A DNA stretch of 32,000 nucleotides from Candidatus Saccharimonadota bacterium (GCA_041942055.1 CP145874.1:120001-152000), one strand, 5' to 3'; positions 1-9,740 are shown, numbered from the stretch's first letter. The notes: generated by a model not told the origin, from the letters alone. Translations and numbers: made by a program.

Positions 1-58
1 TAGGAACCTTAATACTACCAAGTGAATCTTTTTCATAACGTTCTATTTTTTTTTTCAT
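1..58 (-). CDS. 5' end (19 codons) of a class II fumarase/aspartase-family gene that runs off the window edge
   Basis: Minus-strand ATG at 58..56 is followed by an A10 run. The translation MKKKIERYEKDSLGSIKVP resembles the recalled N-termini of E. coli FumC (..SEKDSMGAIDVP..) and AspA (..IEEDLLGTREVP..). Only 19 residues are visible, so this is a family-level call only. Confidence 0.4.
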   Translation of the reverse strand, partial: MKKKIERYEKDSLGSIKVP

Positions 59-74
59 ATTGCATTTCCTTATT

Positions 75-3000
75 TTATAATAACATCTTGTCTAAAGTTG
101 TAATAAGTTTTTTATTAGGACGTAATTTCCAAATCCCTTTAGATTGGTCTTTAGTAATACCACGTAAAAAAAGACCATATACTCCTCCAAAATGAATTTC
201 ATAATCATAATCTGATGAATAATACTGTAGATAGCGATGAAATGCTAAAGTATATATAATATATTGCCAATCATAGTTATAATTTCGGATAAATTTTTCT
301 AAAGATTGATAATTATATGCTCTAGTATTTTTACCTAACCAAATCGTTTTATAATCTATAAGATAATATTTATTTCCAAATTGAAAAATTAAATCAATGC
401 AACCTTTCAATAAATTACCAAAATTATTTAATTTAATAGAAGAAAGATCACTAGTCTGGGTATAATAATGTCTAACAATTTCATGCAGATGATGAATTTT
501 AAAAGAAGAATTTACTTTTAAATTAAACATCCATTGATTTTTTTTATGATGATTAACTATCTTACTTAAACTTATATCCTCGATATTATCTATACCAACA
601 TGTAAAATATTCTCAATCCACTGATTTAATACAGGGATCCAAACTAAATTTAATCCATATTTTTTTAGGGTTGTTTCTAAAACATCATTTAGTTTAGGTC
701 GAATAAAATCAATCATTTTAAATAAATTATGTAAAAAAACACATGAAGTAATTCCACGAGGAAAAGTATGTGGAGACATAGGTAGACTAAGAGGATCATA
801 AATATCATTATCAATTACTGCCTCTCGATCAATATCGGGAAATAATTCTTCTATACTTATTATGGGACTACGATTAATACTATCTTTAGTGTAAAGAAGA
901 GTATTATTGCCTAATGGATTTGCATTCAACGCAATGGAGTTGATAACCGAAACGGTTGATGTAATGATTTTTGGATAAGCAGATTTAACAAGAGTCGTAT
1001 TTTCTGGTGTATATACTATTTCAATATTTTCAGTTTGTATTTCTTTTAAACTTTTAACTAATTCTTTTGTATTATGTGATTTACCTTTTTGTATTAAATA
1101 TCCGAGAGCACTGAGATGTAGATCATGTTTTTCGGGTGTTTTTTTATTTCCTTTAATTAAAGGTGCAATTCCTACACTACAATGCCAAATAGATCTAGTT
1201 AAAGCTACATAAAGTATGCGTAAATCTTCAGCCAAACGTTCTTCATCTGCAAGTTGTTTAGTTAGATGGTTAGGATGTAAATCAAGTATTTTACGCAATG
1301 TTATTCGATCATGATATAAAATATCAGTTGCTTGCCTAAATAGTGCAATAAAAGGTAACCAAACTAATGGATATTGTAATCCTTTAGATTTATGAATAGA
1401 AACAATATGAATCTTATTCATATTAGATTCTAAATTTAATCGCTGATTTACTGTCGTCTGATCATTGGATTGAATAATCTGTAACTCTAACCATCGTATT
1501 AATGCATATTCATTATTGAGTTGAAAAGAAGCTTTTTGTAATAGTTCAATAAGATGAAAAATATCTATTAAACGTCTCTCTTGATTATTTATTAAAAATT
1601 TTTCATAAATTTGATGTGATATTATTAATTCATGTAACATTGGCATCACACCATATTGAAACCAAATTTTTCGATAATGAATAAATTTTTGATAAAAATC
1701 ATTATAATCCTCTTTATTTAGAATGTTATCTATGGTTTTAGCATCGAATCCAAATAAACTAGTAGCTAAAGCAGTACGTAACATTTGTGATTTATTAGTC
1801 ATTAAGATGGTTTTTAGTAAATATAAGATTTCACGTGCTTCTACTGTAGAATAAATATTCTCACGACTAGAATGATAAATAGATGCAATATTTAAATTAT
1901 TAAGTGCATTTTGTATAATTGTTGCTTCTTGTTGATTTCGTACTAATATAACAATATCAGCAGGTGTAATTTTACGTATGCTGTTACCATTTATTAAATG
2001 TGCATTGTTATTTTGTCCTGCTAGAATCCAATTGTTTATCTGCGTAGCACAATAACAACCCATAAATTGTTGATACTCACTAAAAGTTACACTTTCTCCG
2101 GGTTGTAAATAAAAACGTAATGCTGTTTGTGGTTTATTATCAATTGTAAAAAATAATTGTGAATTTTTAGAAGCGGCTTTTACTGGAATAAATGGAATTT
2201 CAGGAAAGATAAATGGATATTTATTGTTAGAAAACAGTTGATTAATACTAGAAACCATGTTCGATGAAGAACGCCAATTAGTATTTAACGTATAATAATT
2301 TTCAATACTCGATTTAGCATTCATATAACTAAAAATATCGGCACCTCTAAAAGAATAAATAGCTTGTTTAGGATCTCCAATAAGAATAAGAGCATTATCA
2401 TAATAACCCATATATATTTTTTGATAAATCCGATATTGTAGTGAATCGGTATCTTGAAATTCATCAATTAATGCTATTGGATAACGAGATCTAATACGTT
2501 GAGCTAGATCATCTCCTATAGATGGTTGCTGTAATGCTTCATCTAATAGATAAATTAAATCATCAAATCCTAATAAAGTACGATTTTTATTTCTTACAAC
2601 CGCATGAATTTCTAATAAAGCTTTAGTGACTACCCATTCACGTAATGATGGAGGATTGGATAAAAAAACTTCGATAGATTCAAAAATAGGAAGATTAATT
2701 ATCCATTCACGATTGGAAATTATTTGGTTCAATATTTCTTTTCTAAATTTTTTAATTTCTCTTGGAAAAAAATATGTTTGTGTTTCTTCTTTTGACCATA
2801 ATGAAATTATATTCATCCATTGTAATAGGATTTTAGTACGGGAACTATTAGAAGATAAAATTAAATCTTTAAGCTGTGAAGCTACTAAAGACCATTTGTT
2901 TTTTAATGATTGAATGCGATTGATCATTTCTTTATGGTATTGTTCTATAGTTAACGCATTATTAGATATGGGATATTTTAATTGAGGTAATTCACCTTTT

Positions 3001-3599
3001 AACCAAGGTAATAAGGTTTTTAAAAGAGAGGTAGGAGATGACCATTCTTGTAATACTAATTCAGCGATATTCATGGGAAGTTGAGAAAAATAACGCTTCC
3101 AAAAATCATTAATTATTTGCTGATACAAAAAGTAATCATTTTCTATAATCTGATGTTTAAACATCATTCCACATTCAATCATATTAATATATAACATTCT
3201 TTGGCAAAAACTATGAATGGTAAAAATTGCAGCGGTATCTAAGTGTAGTTCAGCAGTTAATAATATATTAGCTGCTTGCTTTATATTATTCATTTGACTT
3301 AATAAGAGCATTAATTCTGGATTCTTAGTTTTTCCTCGGATACATGCCATACGCAATTCATGAATATGACTATGAATTCTATTTTTTAATTCTAAAGTAG
3401 CAGCTTCAGTAAAGGTTACCACAAGTATTTGTTCTACTTTAAGTGGGGGGTGTTTTCCATTACGTAGCCCTAATAATAGACGAAGGTAAAGTATACTAAT
3501 AGTATGTGTCTTTCCAGTTCCTGCCGAAGCTTCAATGAGTATTTCACCATATAGAGGGATTGTGGTTGGATTTAACTTTTGAGCATGTTGATGAATCAA
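75..3599 (-). CDS. recB: Exodeoxyribonuclease V beta subunit (RecB helicase-nuclease)
   Basis: 1174-aa ORF colinear with recalled E. coli RecB (1180 aa). Motifs seen: Walker A EASAGTGKTHT, motif II IDEFQDTD, LIGDPKQAIYSFRGADI, VSIHKSKGLQYPLVWLPF, and the C-terminal nuclease motif GCIDLIFQFGNKYYLIDYKT. Confidence 0.93.
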   Translation of the reverse strand: MIHQHAQKLNPTTIPLYGEILIEASAGTGKTHTISILYLRLLLGLRNGKHPPLKVEQILVVTFTEAATLELKNRIHSHIHELRMACIRGKTKNPELMLLLSQMNNIKQAANILLTAELHLDTAAIFTIHSFCQRMLYINMIECGMMFKHQIIENDYFLYQQIINDFWKRYFSQLPMNIAELVLQEWSSPTSLLKTLLPWLKGELPQLKYPISNNALTIEQYHKEMINRIQSLKNKWSLVASQLKDLILSSNSSRTKILLQWMNIISLWSKEETQTYFFPREIKKFRKEILNQIISNREWIINLPIFESIEVFLSNPPSLREWVVTKALLEIHAVVRNKNRTLLGFDDLIYLLDEALQQPSIGDDLAQRIRSRYPIALIDEFQDTDSLQYRIYQKIYMGYYDNALILIGDPKQAIYSFRGADIFSYMNAKSSIENYYTLNTNWRSSSNMVSSINQLFSNNKYPFIFPEIPFIPVKAASKNSQLFFTIDNKPQTALRFYLQPGESVTFSEYQQFMGCYCATQINNWILAGQNNNAHLINGNSIRKITPADIVILVRNQQEATIIQNALNNLNIASIYHSSRENIYSTVEAREILYLLKTILMTNKSQMLRTALATSLFGFDAKTIDNILNKEDYNDFYQKFIHYRKIWFQYGVMPMLHELIISHQIYEKFLINNQERRLIDIFHLIELLQKASFQLNNEYALIRWLELQIIQSNDQTTVNQRLNLESNMNKIHIVSIHKSKGLQYPLVWLPFIALFRQATDILYHDRITLRKILDLHPNHLTKQLADEERLAEDLRILYVALTRSIWHCSVGIAPLIKGNKKTPEKHDLHLSALGYLIQKGKSHNTKELVKSLKEIQTENIEIVYTPENTTLVKSAYPKIITSTVSVINSIALNANPLGNNTLLYTKDSINRSPIISIEELFPDIDREAVIDNDIYDPLSLPMSPHTFPRGITSCVFLHNLFKMIDFIRPKLNDVLETTLKKYGLNLVWIPVLNQWIENILHVGIDNIEDISLSKIVNHHKKNQWMFNLKVNSSFKIHHLHEIVRHYYTQTSDLSSIKLNNFGNLLKGCIDLIFQFGNKYYLIDYKTIWLGKNTRAYNYQSLEKFIRNYNYDWQYIIYTLAFHRYLQYYSSDYDYEIHFGGVYGLFLRGITKDQSKGIWKLRPNKKLITTLDKMLL

Positions 3600-3724
3600 T
3601 AGTGTTACTCTCCTGATTTTTATTAAATAATATCTATATTTTTTATTTAAAATACATCATAATATTTTACTAATGCTATTTATTAAAAAATAATTTTTAT
3701 TATTAGTGGAGATATAATTACATT

Positions 3725-4363
3725 ATGAGTTACTTATTACCAATATTATCATATTCTTATGATGCATTAGAACCATATATTGATCAAGAAACTATGAAAA
3801 TTCATCATACTAAACATCATCAAAATTATATTAATAATGCTAATATAATTTTAAATGCATTACCTAATGAATACTCAAAACTATCAGTTGATGAATTAAT
3901 TATGCAATTAGAAGATATATCAATCGATAAAAGAATGAGTTTACGCAATAATGCTGGAGGTCATGCAAATCATAGCATATTTTGGAAAGGACTAAAAAAA
4001 GGAACTTTTTTACAAGGACAATTACAAAATGCTATAGAAAGAGAATTTAATACCCTTGATAATTTTAAAGAACTATTTGAAACAGTCGCTGTAAATCATT
4101 TTGGCTCCGGTTGGATTTGGTTAATAAAAAAACGAAACAACAAATTAAACATAGTCTCTACAGCTAATCAAGATAATCCATTAATGGGTGAAAAAATGAT
4201 TGGTATATTTGGTTATCCAATTATTGGATTGGATCTATGGGAACATGCTTATTATTTAAAATATCAAAATAGACGTTTAGATTATATTAAAGCATTTTGG
4301 AATATAATCAATTGGGATGAAGCGGATCTTCGTTATTCCTATAAACTAGATACTATTAAATAA
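3725..4363 (+). CDS. sodA: Superoxide dismutase (Mn type)
   Basis: 212-aa ORF, near-colinear with recalled E. coli SodA. Motifs seen: [55 protein letters not shown] lies about 12 nt upstream of the ATG. Confidence 0.95.
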   Translation: MSYLLPILSYSYDALEPYIDQETMKIHHTKHHQNYINNANIILNALPNEYSKLSVDELIMQLEDISIDKRMSLRNNAGGHANHSIFWKGLKKGTFLQGQLQNAIEREFNTLDNFKELFETVAVNHFGSGWIWLIKKRNNKLNIVSTANQDNPLMGEKMIGIFGYPIIGLDLWEHAYYLKYQNRRLDYIKAFWNIINWDEADLRYSYKLDTIK

Positions 4364-4437
4364 ATATTATTTTGATTAATTATGATGTGATCAGATCTAT
4401 TTATCTAAGATCTAAATAAGATTAGGCATATTAATTT

Positions 4438-5442
4438 ATGAAATCAATAGAAGAGTTTTTTATCGAAGAAGGACAGAATTTGAGTTTCTCGATAGAAATA
4501 GAAGAATTAATCGATCTGCTATCGGGGATTAAAAATAGTGCAAAAAATATCTATCATTATCTTAGTCAAGGAAAATTATTTGATTTGAGTGAAGTAACCA
4601 AAAATGAAAATATTCATGGTGAAATTCAAATTAAGTTTGATATATTGGCTAATGATATAATTAAAGCGGCTCTTAAGCAGCTATCTAGTGGTTGTATAGC
4701 AGCAATTGTTACAGAAGAAGATGAAGACTTTTTAGTCTTACATGAAGGTAAAAAAAGTAAATATATAATGTTCATAGATCCCATAGATGGATCTTCAAAT
4801 ATAAAAAATAATATTTCTATAGGTACTATTTTTTCTATCTATCAGCGTATTAGTCCTATAGGAAGTAGAATTACAAAGCATGATTTTTTACAACCAGGTA
4901 ATCAGCAAATAGCGGCCGGGTATATCATATATGGTTTTGCAACTATATTAGTTCTAACTATTGGTTGTGGAGTATATATCTTTATTTATAATCCATTGAA
5001 TGATATTTGGTATTTTAATAGAAAAGATATTAAGTTCCCTGAAAAGGGTTATATATACTCTATTAATGATGGAAATCATCATTATTTTCCTTTAGGGGTG
5101 AAGAAATATCTTCAGTTTTGTCATCAGATCAATCAAATGAATCAAGGTTCTTCTTATACTTTACGTTATACAGGTTCACTAGTAGCGGATTTCCATCGTA
5201 ATTTATTACAAGGTGGCATTTATATTTATCCTAAAAATACCAAACATCCACAAGGAAAATTACGATTGTTATATGAATGTAATCCTATGGCTTTTATTGC
5301 AGAACAGGCGGGAGGAAAAGCAAGCGATGGAGTATCTCGCATATTAGATATTAATCCAATTACATTACATCAGTGTTGCCCATTATTTATAGGAAATAGA
5401 GAAATGGTTAATGACATTGAATGCTTTTTGAAAAAGTACTAA
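4438..5442 (+). CDS. fbp: Fructose-1,6-bisphosphatase class I
   Basis: 334 aa versus 332 aa in E. coli Fbp. Motifs seen: DPIDGSSNI, GTIFSIY, LRYTGSLVADFHRNLL, GKLRLLYECNPMAFIAEQAGGKASDG. Confidence 0.95.
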   Translation: MKSIEEFFIEEGQNLSFSIEIEELIDLLSGIKNSAKNIYHYLSQGKLFDLSEVTKNENIHGEIQIKFDILANDIIKAALKQLSSGCIAAIVTEEDEDFLVLHEGKKSKYIMFIDPIDGSSNIKNNISIGTIFSIYQRISPIGSRITKHDFLQPGNQQIAAGYIIYGFATILVLTIGCGVYIFIYNPLNDIWYFNRKDIKFPEKGYIYSINDGNHHYFPLGVKKYLQFCHQINQMNQGSSYTLRYTGSLVADFHRNLLQGGIYIYPKNTKHPQGKLRLLYECNPMAFIAEQAGGKASDGVSRILDINPITLHQCCPLFIGNREMVNDIECFLKKY

Positions 5443-5479
5443 TTCCTTTAGATAACATCTTTGATTTCAACATCATATT

Positions 5480-5794
5480 TTAAAGACATTTGACTGGTTT
5501 AGGTATACCAGCAATTTTTGCCGCCTGTTTGGCGGGACCTTTAGGAAATAATTGAAAAAGATAACGACTATTTCCTTTCTCTATTCCATATTGTTTCGTT
5601 ATTGATTTGACTAACATACGCATTGTTGGTACCATATTAAAAGTTAAATAAAAATTACGTACTAGAAAAATAATTTGCCAATGTTCTTTATTCAAATTTA
5701 ATTTTTCTTCACTAGCTAATTTTTTAGCAATCATTGGATTCCAATCCGAAGTATTAGTTAAATATCCTTCAGAATCTCTATCAATAATTAACAT
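5480..5794 (-). CDS. tusE: Sulfurtransferase TusE (DsrC family; tRNA 2-thiouridine sulfur relay)
   Basis: 104-aa DsrC/TusE-like ORF with DSEGYL, HW..I..R.FY and a C-terminal GIPKPVKCL carrying the conserved Cys. It is adjacent to tRNA-Ser(UGA), as tusE (yccK) is near serT in E. coli. Confidence 0.85.
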   Translation of the reverse strand: MLIIDRDSEGYLTNTSDWNPMIAKKLASEEKLNLNKEHWQIIFLVRNFYLTFNMVPTMRMLVKSITKQYGIEKGNSRYLFQLFPKGPAKQAAKIAGIPKPVKCL

Positions 5795-5835
5795 GTCTTA
5801 TTCCTCAAAATATCTAATGGATTTTATTTGTTTTA

Positions 5836-5923
5836 GGAGGAGTGGCCGAGTGGTTGAAGGCACCGGTCTTGAAAACCGGCAATGGGAAACTGTTCGAGAG
5901 TTCGAATCTCTCCTCCTCCGCCA
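5836..5923 (+). tRNA. serT: tRNA-Ser (anticodon UGA), class II long variable arm, encoded CCA
   Basis: GGAGGAGTGGCCGAGTGGTTGAAGGCACCGGTCTTGAAAACCGG...GAGAGTTCGAATCTCTCCTCCTCCGCCA. The acceptor GGAGGAG pairs with CTCCTCC. The anticodon stem is CCGGT/ACCGG with loop CTTGAAA (TGA at 5870..5872). The T arm is GAGAG-TTCGAAT-CTCTC. It is 88 nt, like recalled E. coli serT. Confidence 0.93.
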
Positions 5924-5980
5924 TCTATCTGTACTAGATAATTACTTGTACTCATATCAATCTATTTCTTTATTTTTTTT

Positions 5981-6009
5981 TTGAGATTTCATTATTTTAC
6001 TACTATGCT
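5981..6009 (+). promoter_or_regulatory. Candidate sigma70 promoter for yqjDEK (TTGAGA-N17-TATGCT)
   Basis: TTGAGA at 5981..5986, a 17-nt spacer, then TATGCT at 6004..6009, about 43 nt upstream of the yqjD ATG. Such matches arise easily by chance in AT-rich DNA. Confidence 0.25.
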
Positions 6010-6051
6010 TATACAAAAACATTTTTTTACATTTATATAAAGGAATTATTT

Positions 6052-6357
6052 ATGTCACAAGATACTTCTATTTCAAACTTGCGAAAAGATCTAAAAATTT
6101 TAGTTAGTTCTATTGAGAATATGTTAAATAATTGTACTGATAAAAATCCTTCAGATCTTGAAAATTTACGTCAAAAAGCTAAGCATATTTTAGATGAAGC
6201 AAGAAAATCTCTTGGAAATTCTAAAGAACATATCATGCAACAAACTCGTGAAGTAGCCAATTTAGCCAACAATTATTTGCATGAAAAACCATGGGCAGGA
6301 GTAGGGATTGGTGCTACTCTAGGTTTAATTTTAGGTTGTTTATTAATGCGTCGTTAA
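6052..6357 (+). CDS. yqjD: ElaB/YqjD/YgaM-family (DUF883) C-tail-anchored, ribosome-associated membrane protein
   Basis: 101 aa, the same length as recalled E. coli YqjD. The C-terminus EKPWAGVGIGATLGLILGCLLMRR matches ENPWTGVGIGAAIGVVLGVLLSRR. It is followed by yqjE and yqjK homologues, as in E. coli. Confidence 0.8.
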   Translation: MSQDTSISNLRKDLKILVSSIENMLNNCTDKNPSDLENLRQKAKHILDEARKSLGNSKEHIMQQTREVANLANNYLHEKPWAGVGIGATLGLILGCLLMRR

Positions 6358-6361
6358 TTTT

Positions 6362-6766
6362 ATGAAAGAAGAATCTAGACCAATTTATTGCCATAAAGAT
6401 GGAATCATCAGTATTACTGGAAGAATTATTAGGACTCTCATTGAGATAATAAAAACCCGTATATCTTTAATGATTACAGAATTAGATGAAGCTAAAACTT
6501 GTATTTGGCAAATATTTCGACTAATAGTCGTAACACTACTTTTAGTTACTTTTTTTTTAAATAGTTTATTATTAGTAGCTATCTTGCTCGTTAATCCAAA
6601 AGATCGTTTAGTTATAATGATTACTATTACCGGGATTTTATTTATCTTAGCATTTAGTTCAGGTGTATGGACTTTATATAAAATAAAAAAACTCAATATA
6701 TTTTCCTCCACTTGTAAAGTACTAAAAAATGATAGTAATTTTTTTCTTAATAAGAATCAGGAATAA
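6362..6766 (+). CDS. yqjE: YqjE-family inner membrane protein
   Basis: 134 aa, the same length as recalled E. coli YqjE. GRIIRTLIEIIKTRISLMITELDEAK matches QRIVSIMVEMVETRLRLAVVELEEEK. Two hydrophobic helices are present and the yqjD-yqjE-yqjK order is conserved. Confidence 0.75.
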   Translation: MKEESRPIYCHKDGIISITGRIIRTLIEIIKTRISLMITELDEAKTCIWQIFRLIVVTLLLVTFFLNSLLLVAILLVNPKDRLVIMITITGILFILAFSSGVWTLYKIKKLNIFSSTCKVLKNDSNFFLNKNQE

Positions 6767-6772
6767 TATTGC

Positions 6773-7027
6773 ATGAATCAATATAATAAGTATAAATTAT
6801 TAGATCTAATTCAAGAACAAAGGATTAATTTAACTAGTGAATTTAAGGAGTGGAAGCAAATATTATCTCATTACCAACGTAATTTACTGATTCTAAGAAA
6901 TACACTCATTATTATTAGTAGTATATTAAGTATAATAACTATTTTTTTAGCACCTCATCCTCGACGACTCATACGTTGGTCAAAACGTGGTATGGCTATC
7001 TGGAAAATATATAAATTTTTTACATAA
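6773..7027 (+). CDS. yqjK: YqjK-family small membrane protein
   Basis: 84 aa. LLDLIQEQRINLTSEFKEW and HPRRLIRWSKRGMAIWKIYK parallel recalled E. coli YqjK (LLSQIQQQRLDLSASRREW and HPNMLVRWARRGFGVWSAWR). Synteny also supports the call. Confidence 0.7.
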   Translation: MNQYNKYKLLDLIQEQRINLTSEFKEWKQILSHYQRNLLILRNTLIIISSILSIITIFLAPHPRRLIRWSKRGMAIWKIYKFFT

Positions 7028-7043
7028 CTATTTGTGTTAATAG

Positions 7044-7079
7044 GATGCTGCTTATTTATTAAGCAGCATCTACTTTTAT
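7044..7079 (+). terminator. Rho-independent terminator after yqjK
   Basis: Perfect 11-bp stem GATGCTGCTTA (7044..7054) / TAAGCAGCATC (7060..7070) with a 5-nt loop, followed by TACTTTTAT. It starts 17 nt after the yqjK stop. Confidence 0.65.
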
Positions 7080-7173
7080 CACTATCAAAAACCAATTAGT
7101 TTTTTCATGCTAACTAACCATCTATCTTAAAACAATAATCTTATTGAGATTATAAATATGATATAATAAATTA

Positions 7174-7542
7174 GAGGTTAGCTAACTAGACAATCGCCCT
7201 TAAGTTTTATTAACATTTATTAGGGGAGGAAAGTCCGGGCTCCTACGGGCAGGGTGCCAGGTAACACCTGGAAGATGAAAATCTATGACTAGTGCCACAG
7301 AAAAAAAACCGCCATTAATAAAGGTAAGGGTGAAATGGTGTGGTAAGAGCACACCGTACTACTGGTAACAGTTAGTGGCTAGGTAAACTCCACTCGGAGC
7401 AAGGCCAAATAAGACTTAAAAATCAAAAGTATGGCCCATACTAAAAGCAAGTCTGGGTAGGCCGCTTGAGCTAGTAAGTAATTACTAGCCTAGATTAATG
7501 ATTGTCCATGACTGAACCCGGCTTATCGGTTAGCTATCCTCT
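7174..7542 (+). ncRNA. rnpB: RNase P RNA (bacterial type A M1 RNA)
   Basis: Universal core GAGGAAAGTCCGGGCTCC at 7226..7243. Also seen: GGGTGCCAGGTAACACCTGG, GGTAAGGGTGAAATGGTG..GGTAAGAGCACACC, GGTAAACTCCACTCGGAGCAAGGCCAAATA and GAACCCGGCTTATCGG. The 5' GAGGTTAGCTAAC pairs with the 3' GTTAGCTATCCTC (P1). Colinear with recalled E. coli rnpB; ends are accurate to about 5 nt. Confidence 0.92.
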
Positions 7543-7569
7543 AAGATAATAGACATTACTAATTTTCAA

Positions 7570-8172
7570 TTATAAATTATTCACATGTTTTTTTAAAAAA
7601 TTTGCTACACCTTCTATAGTAGCAGTCATGCTAGGTTTACCGGATTGCCATTGTGCCGGACATACTTCGCCATCATGTGCTTCATGAAATTGAAGAGCAT
7701 CTACCATGCGTAGCATTTCATCAATATTACGACCTAGTGGTAAGTCATTTACGACTTGATGACGGATGATACCATTTTTATCAATTAAAAAAGAAGCTCG
7801 CAAAGCAACACCCAATTCTGGATGTTCAACTCCATAAGCTTTTTGAATTTCATGTTTAATATCTGCTATCATTGGATATTGAATCTTGCCAATTCCTCCA
7901 TTAGAAATAGGAGTTTTGCGCCATGCTTGATGAACAAATACTGAATCAATAGAAACACCTATTATTTTTACTTCACGTTTTTTAAATTCATCATAGCGTT
8001 TATTAAAAGCAATAATTTCTGAAGGACAAACAAAAGTAAAATCCATAGGCCAAAAGAAAATCACTGCAACTTTTCCATTAATATATTTCTTGAAATGAAA
8101 AGAATTGATGATTTCTCCATTGCCTAAAATAGCATTACTAGTGAAATCTGGTGCTAATCTAGATACCAGCAT
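7570..8172 (-). CDS. ahpC: Typical 2-Cys peroxiredoxin (AhpC/TSA family), 200-aa type
   Basis: Peroxidatic Cys motif DFTFVCPSEI and resolving Cys motif GEVCPAQW. The ORF is 200 aa. No ahpF is adjacent. Confidence 0.9.
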   Translation of the reverse strand: MLVSRLAPDFTSNAILGNGEIINSFHFKKYINGKVAVIFFWPMDFTFVCPSEIIAFNKRYDEFKKREVKIIGVSIDSVFVHQAWRKTPISNGGIGKIQYPMIADIKHEIQKAYGVEHPELGVALRASFLIDKNGIIRHQVVNDLPLGRNIDEMLRMVDALQFHEAHDGEVCPAQWQSGKPSMTATIEGVANFLKKHVNNL

Positions 8173-8282
8173 ATTGTTATTCTCCTATTAATTTTTTTTT
8201 AAATACTACTTATTCTAATCCTTTAGATTATCATATAATAATACTCTGAATTAAGTCACTGTTTAATTTATTATTAAAATAA

Positions 8283-9398
<1,116 letters not shown>

Positions 9399-9607
9399 TT
9401 AAGGTTTGTTATATTTGATTATATTACTCCTACAAAGAAAACGTACTAAAAAGCATAAAAAATGATGGAATCAATTATTCAAAGGGACGAAATACTACTA
9501 ACTACAAGTAAGTACTACGACCAGTTAGTAGGATAAACGATATAGAGTTATTTTATTTATTACGCTTAATTCTATTCTACTACAACATCAATTTAAAGGT
9601 GATTTAG
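9399..9607 (+). pseudogene. yajC: yajC remnant (preprotein translocase accessory subunit): 5'-truncated, in-frame stops and a frameshift
   Basis: The frame starting at 9399 reads LRFVIFDYITPTKKTY*KA*KMMESIIQRDEILLTTSKYYDQLVG*. Recalled E. coli YajC reads ..LIFYFMILRPQQKRTKEHKKLMDSIAKGDEVLTNGGLVGRV... After a +2 shift (9533..9607) it reads INDIELFYLLRLILFYYNINLKVI*, versus ..LNDTTEVVIKRDFVAAVLPKGTMKAL*. The position immediately after tgt matches the tgt-yajC order in E. coli. Confidence 0.55.
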
Positions 9608-9637
9608 TTTCAACTATTTTACTTAAAAAAAAGGACA

Positions 9638-9706
9638 ATGAAATCTTTAAATATAATTATTTATAAGATTGTTTATTGGATTTGTAATGAGGTAAAGAAA
9701 GCCTGA
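9638..9706 (+). pseudogene. Possible 5' stub of secD (22 codons), speculative
   Basis: The ATG at 9638 lies 30 nt after the yajC remnant, where secD starts in E. coli. MKSLNIIIYKIVYWICNEVKKA* resembles recalled SecD MLNRYPLWKYVMLIV.. only weakly (LN....[WY]K[YI]V..I). Position is the main argument. Confidence 0.25.
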
Positions 9707-9713
9707 GGCTTTC
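9697..9713 (-). terminator. Hairpin 28 nt downstream of the map stop; weak candidate intrinsic terminator
   Basis: GAAAGCC-TGA-GGCTTTC, a 7-bp GC-containing stem. On the minus strand it is followed by TTTACCTCATT, only a short T run. Confidence 0.35.
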
Positions 9714-9740
9714 ACGAAAGTTAAAAAAGGTAATTTAAAA

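Noticed and set aside
2626-2913. 95-aa plus-strand ORF inside recB. Similar antisense ORFs occur at 6385..6711 (in yqjE), 9825..10088 (in map), 11643..11843 (in tsf), 16501..16800 (in rseP), and 20523..20708 and 22247..22447 (in dnaE)
   Set aside because: These are antisense to confidently assigned genes. Their composition (Ile/Asn/Phe/Lys-rich) is what chance open frames in AT-rich DNA produce, and they have no start context.
4393-4422. Imperfect inverted and direct repeat around two AGATCT sites between sodA and fbp (AGATCTATTTATCTAAGATCTAAATAAGAT), considered as a terminator
   Set aside because: The stem is almost all A-T, needs a bulge, and has a 9-nt loop with no following T-tract. That is not distinguishable from chance in this composition.
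5973-5982. T10 run downstream of tRNA-Ser, considered as the U-tract of an intrinsic terminator
   Set aside because: No convincing GC-containing hairpin precedes it; there is only a 5-bp ATCTA/TAGAT stem at about 5925..5941.
5793-5984. 63-aa ORF 'MSYSSKYLMDFICFRRSGRVVEGTGLENRQ..'
   Set aside because: It reads straight through the tRNA-Ser(UGA) gene (5836..5923), so it is an artefact of ORF calling.
7144-7167. rnpB promoter: TTGAGA (7144..7149) and TATAAT (7162..7167)
   Set aside because: The -10 is well placed, about 7 nt before the predicted 5' end. However, the spacer to the only -35-like hexamer is 12 nt, so the pair is not a credible sigma70 promoter as drawn.
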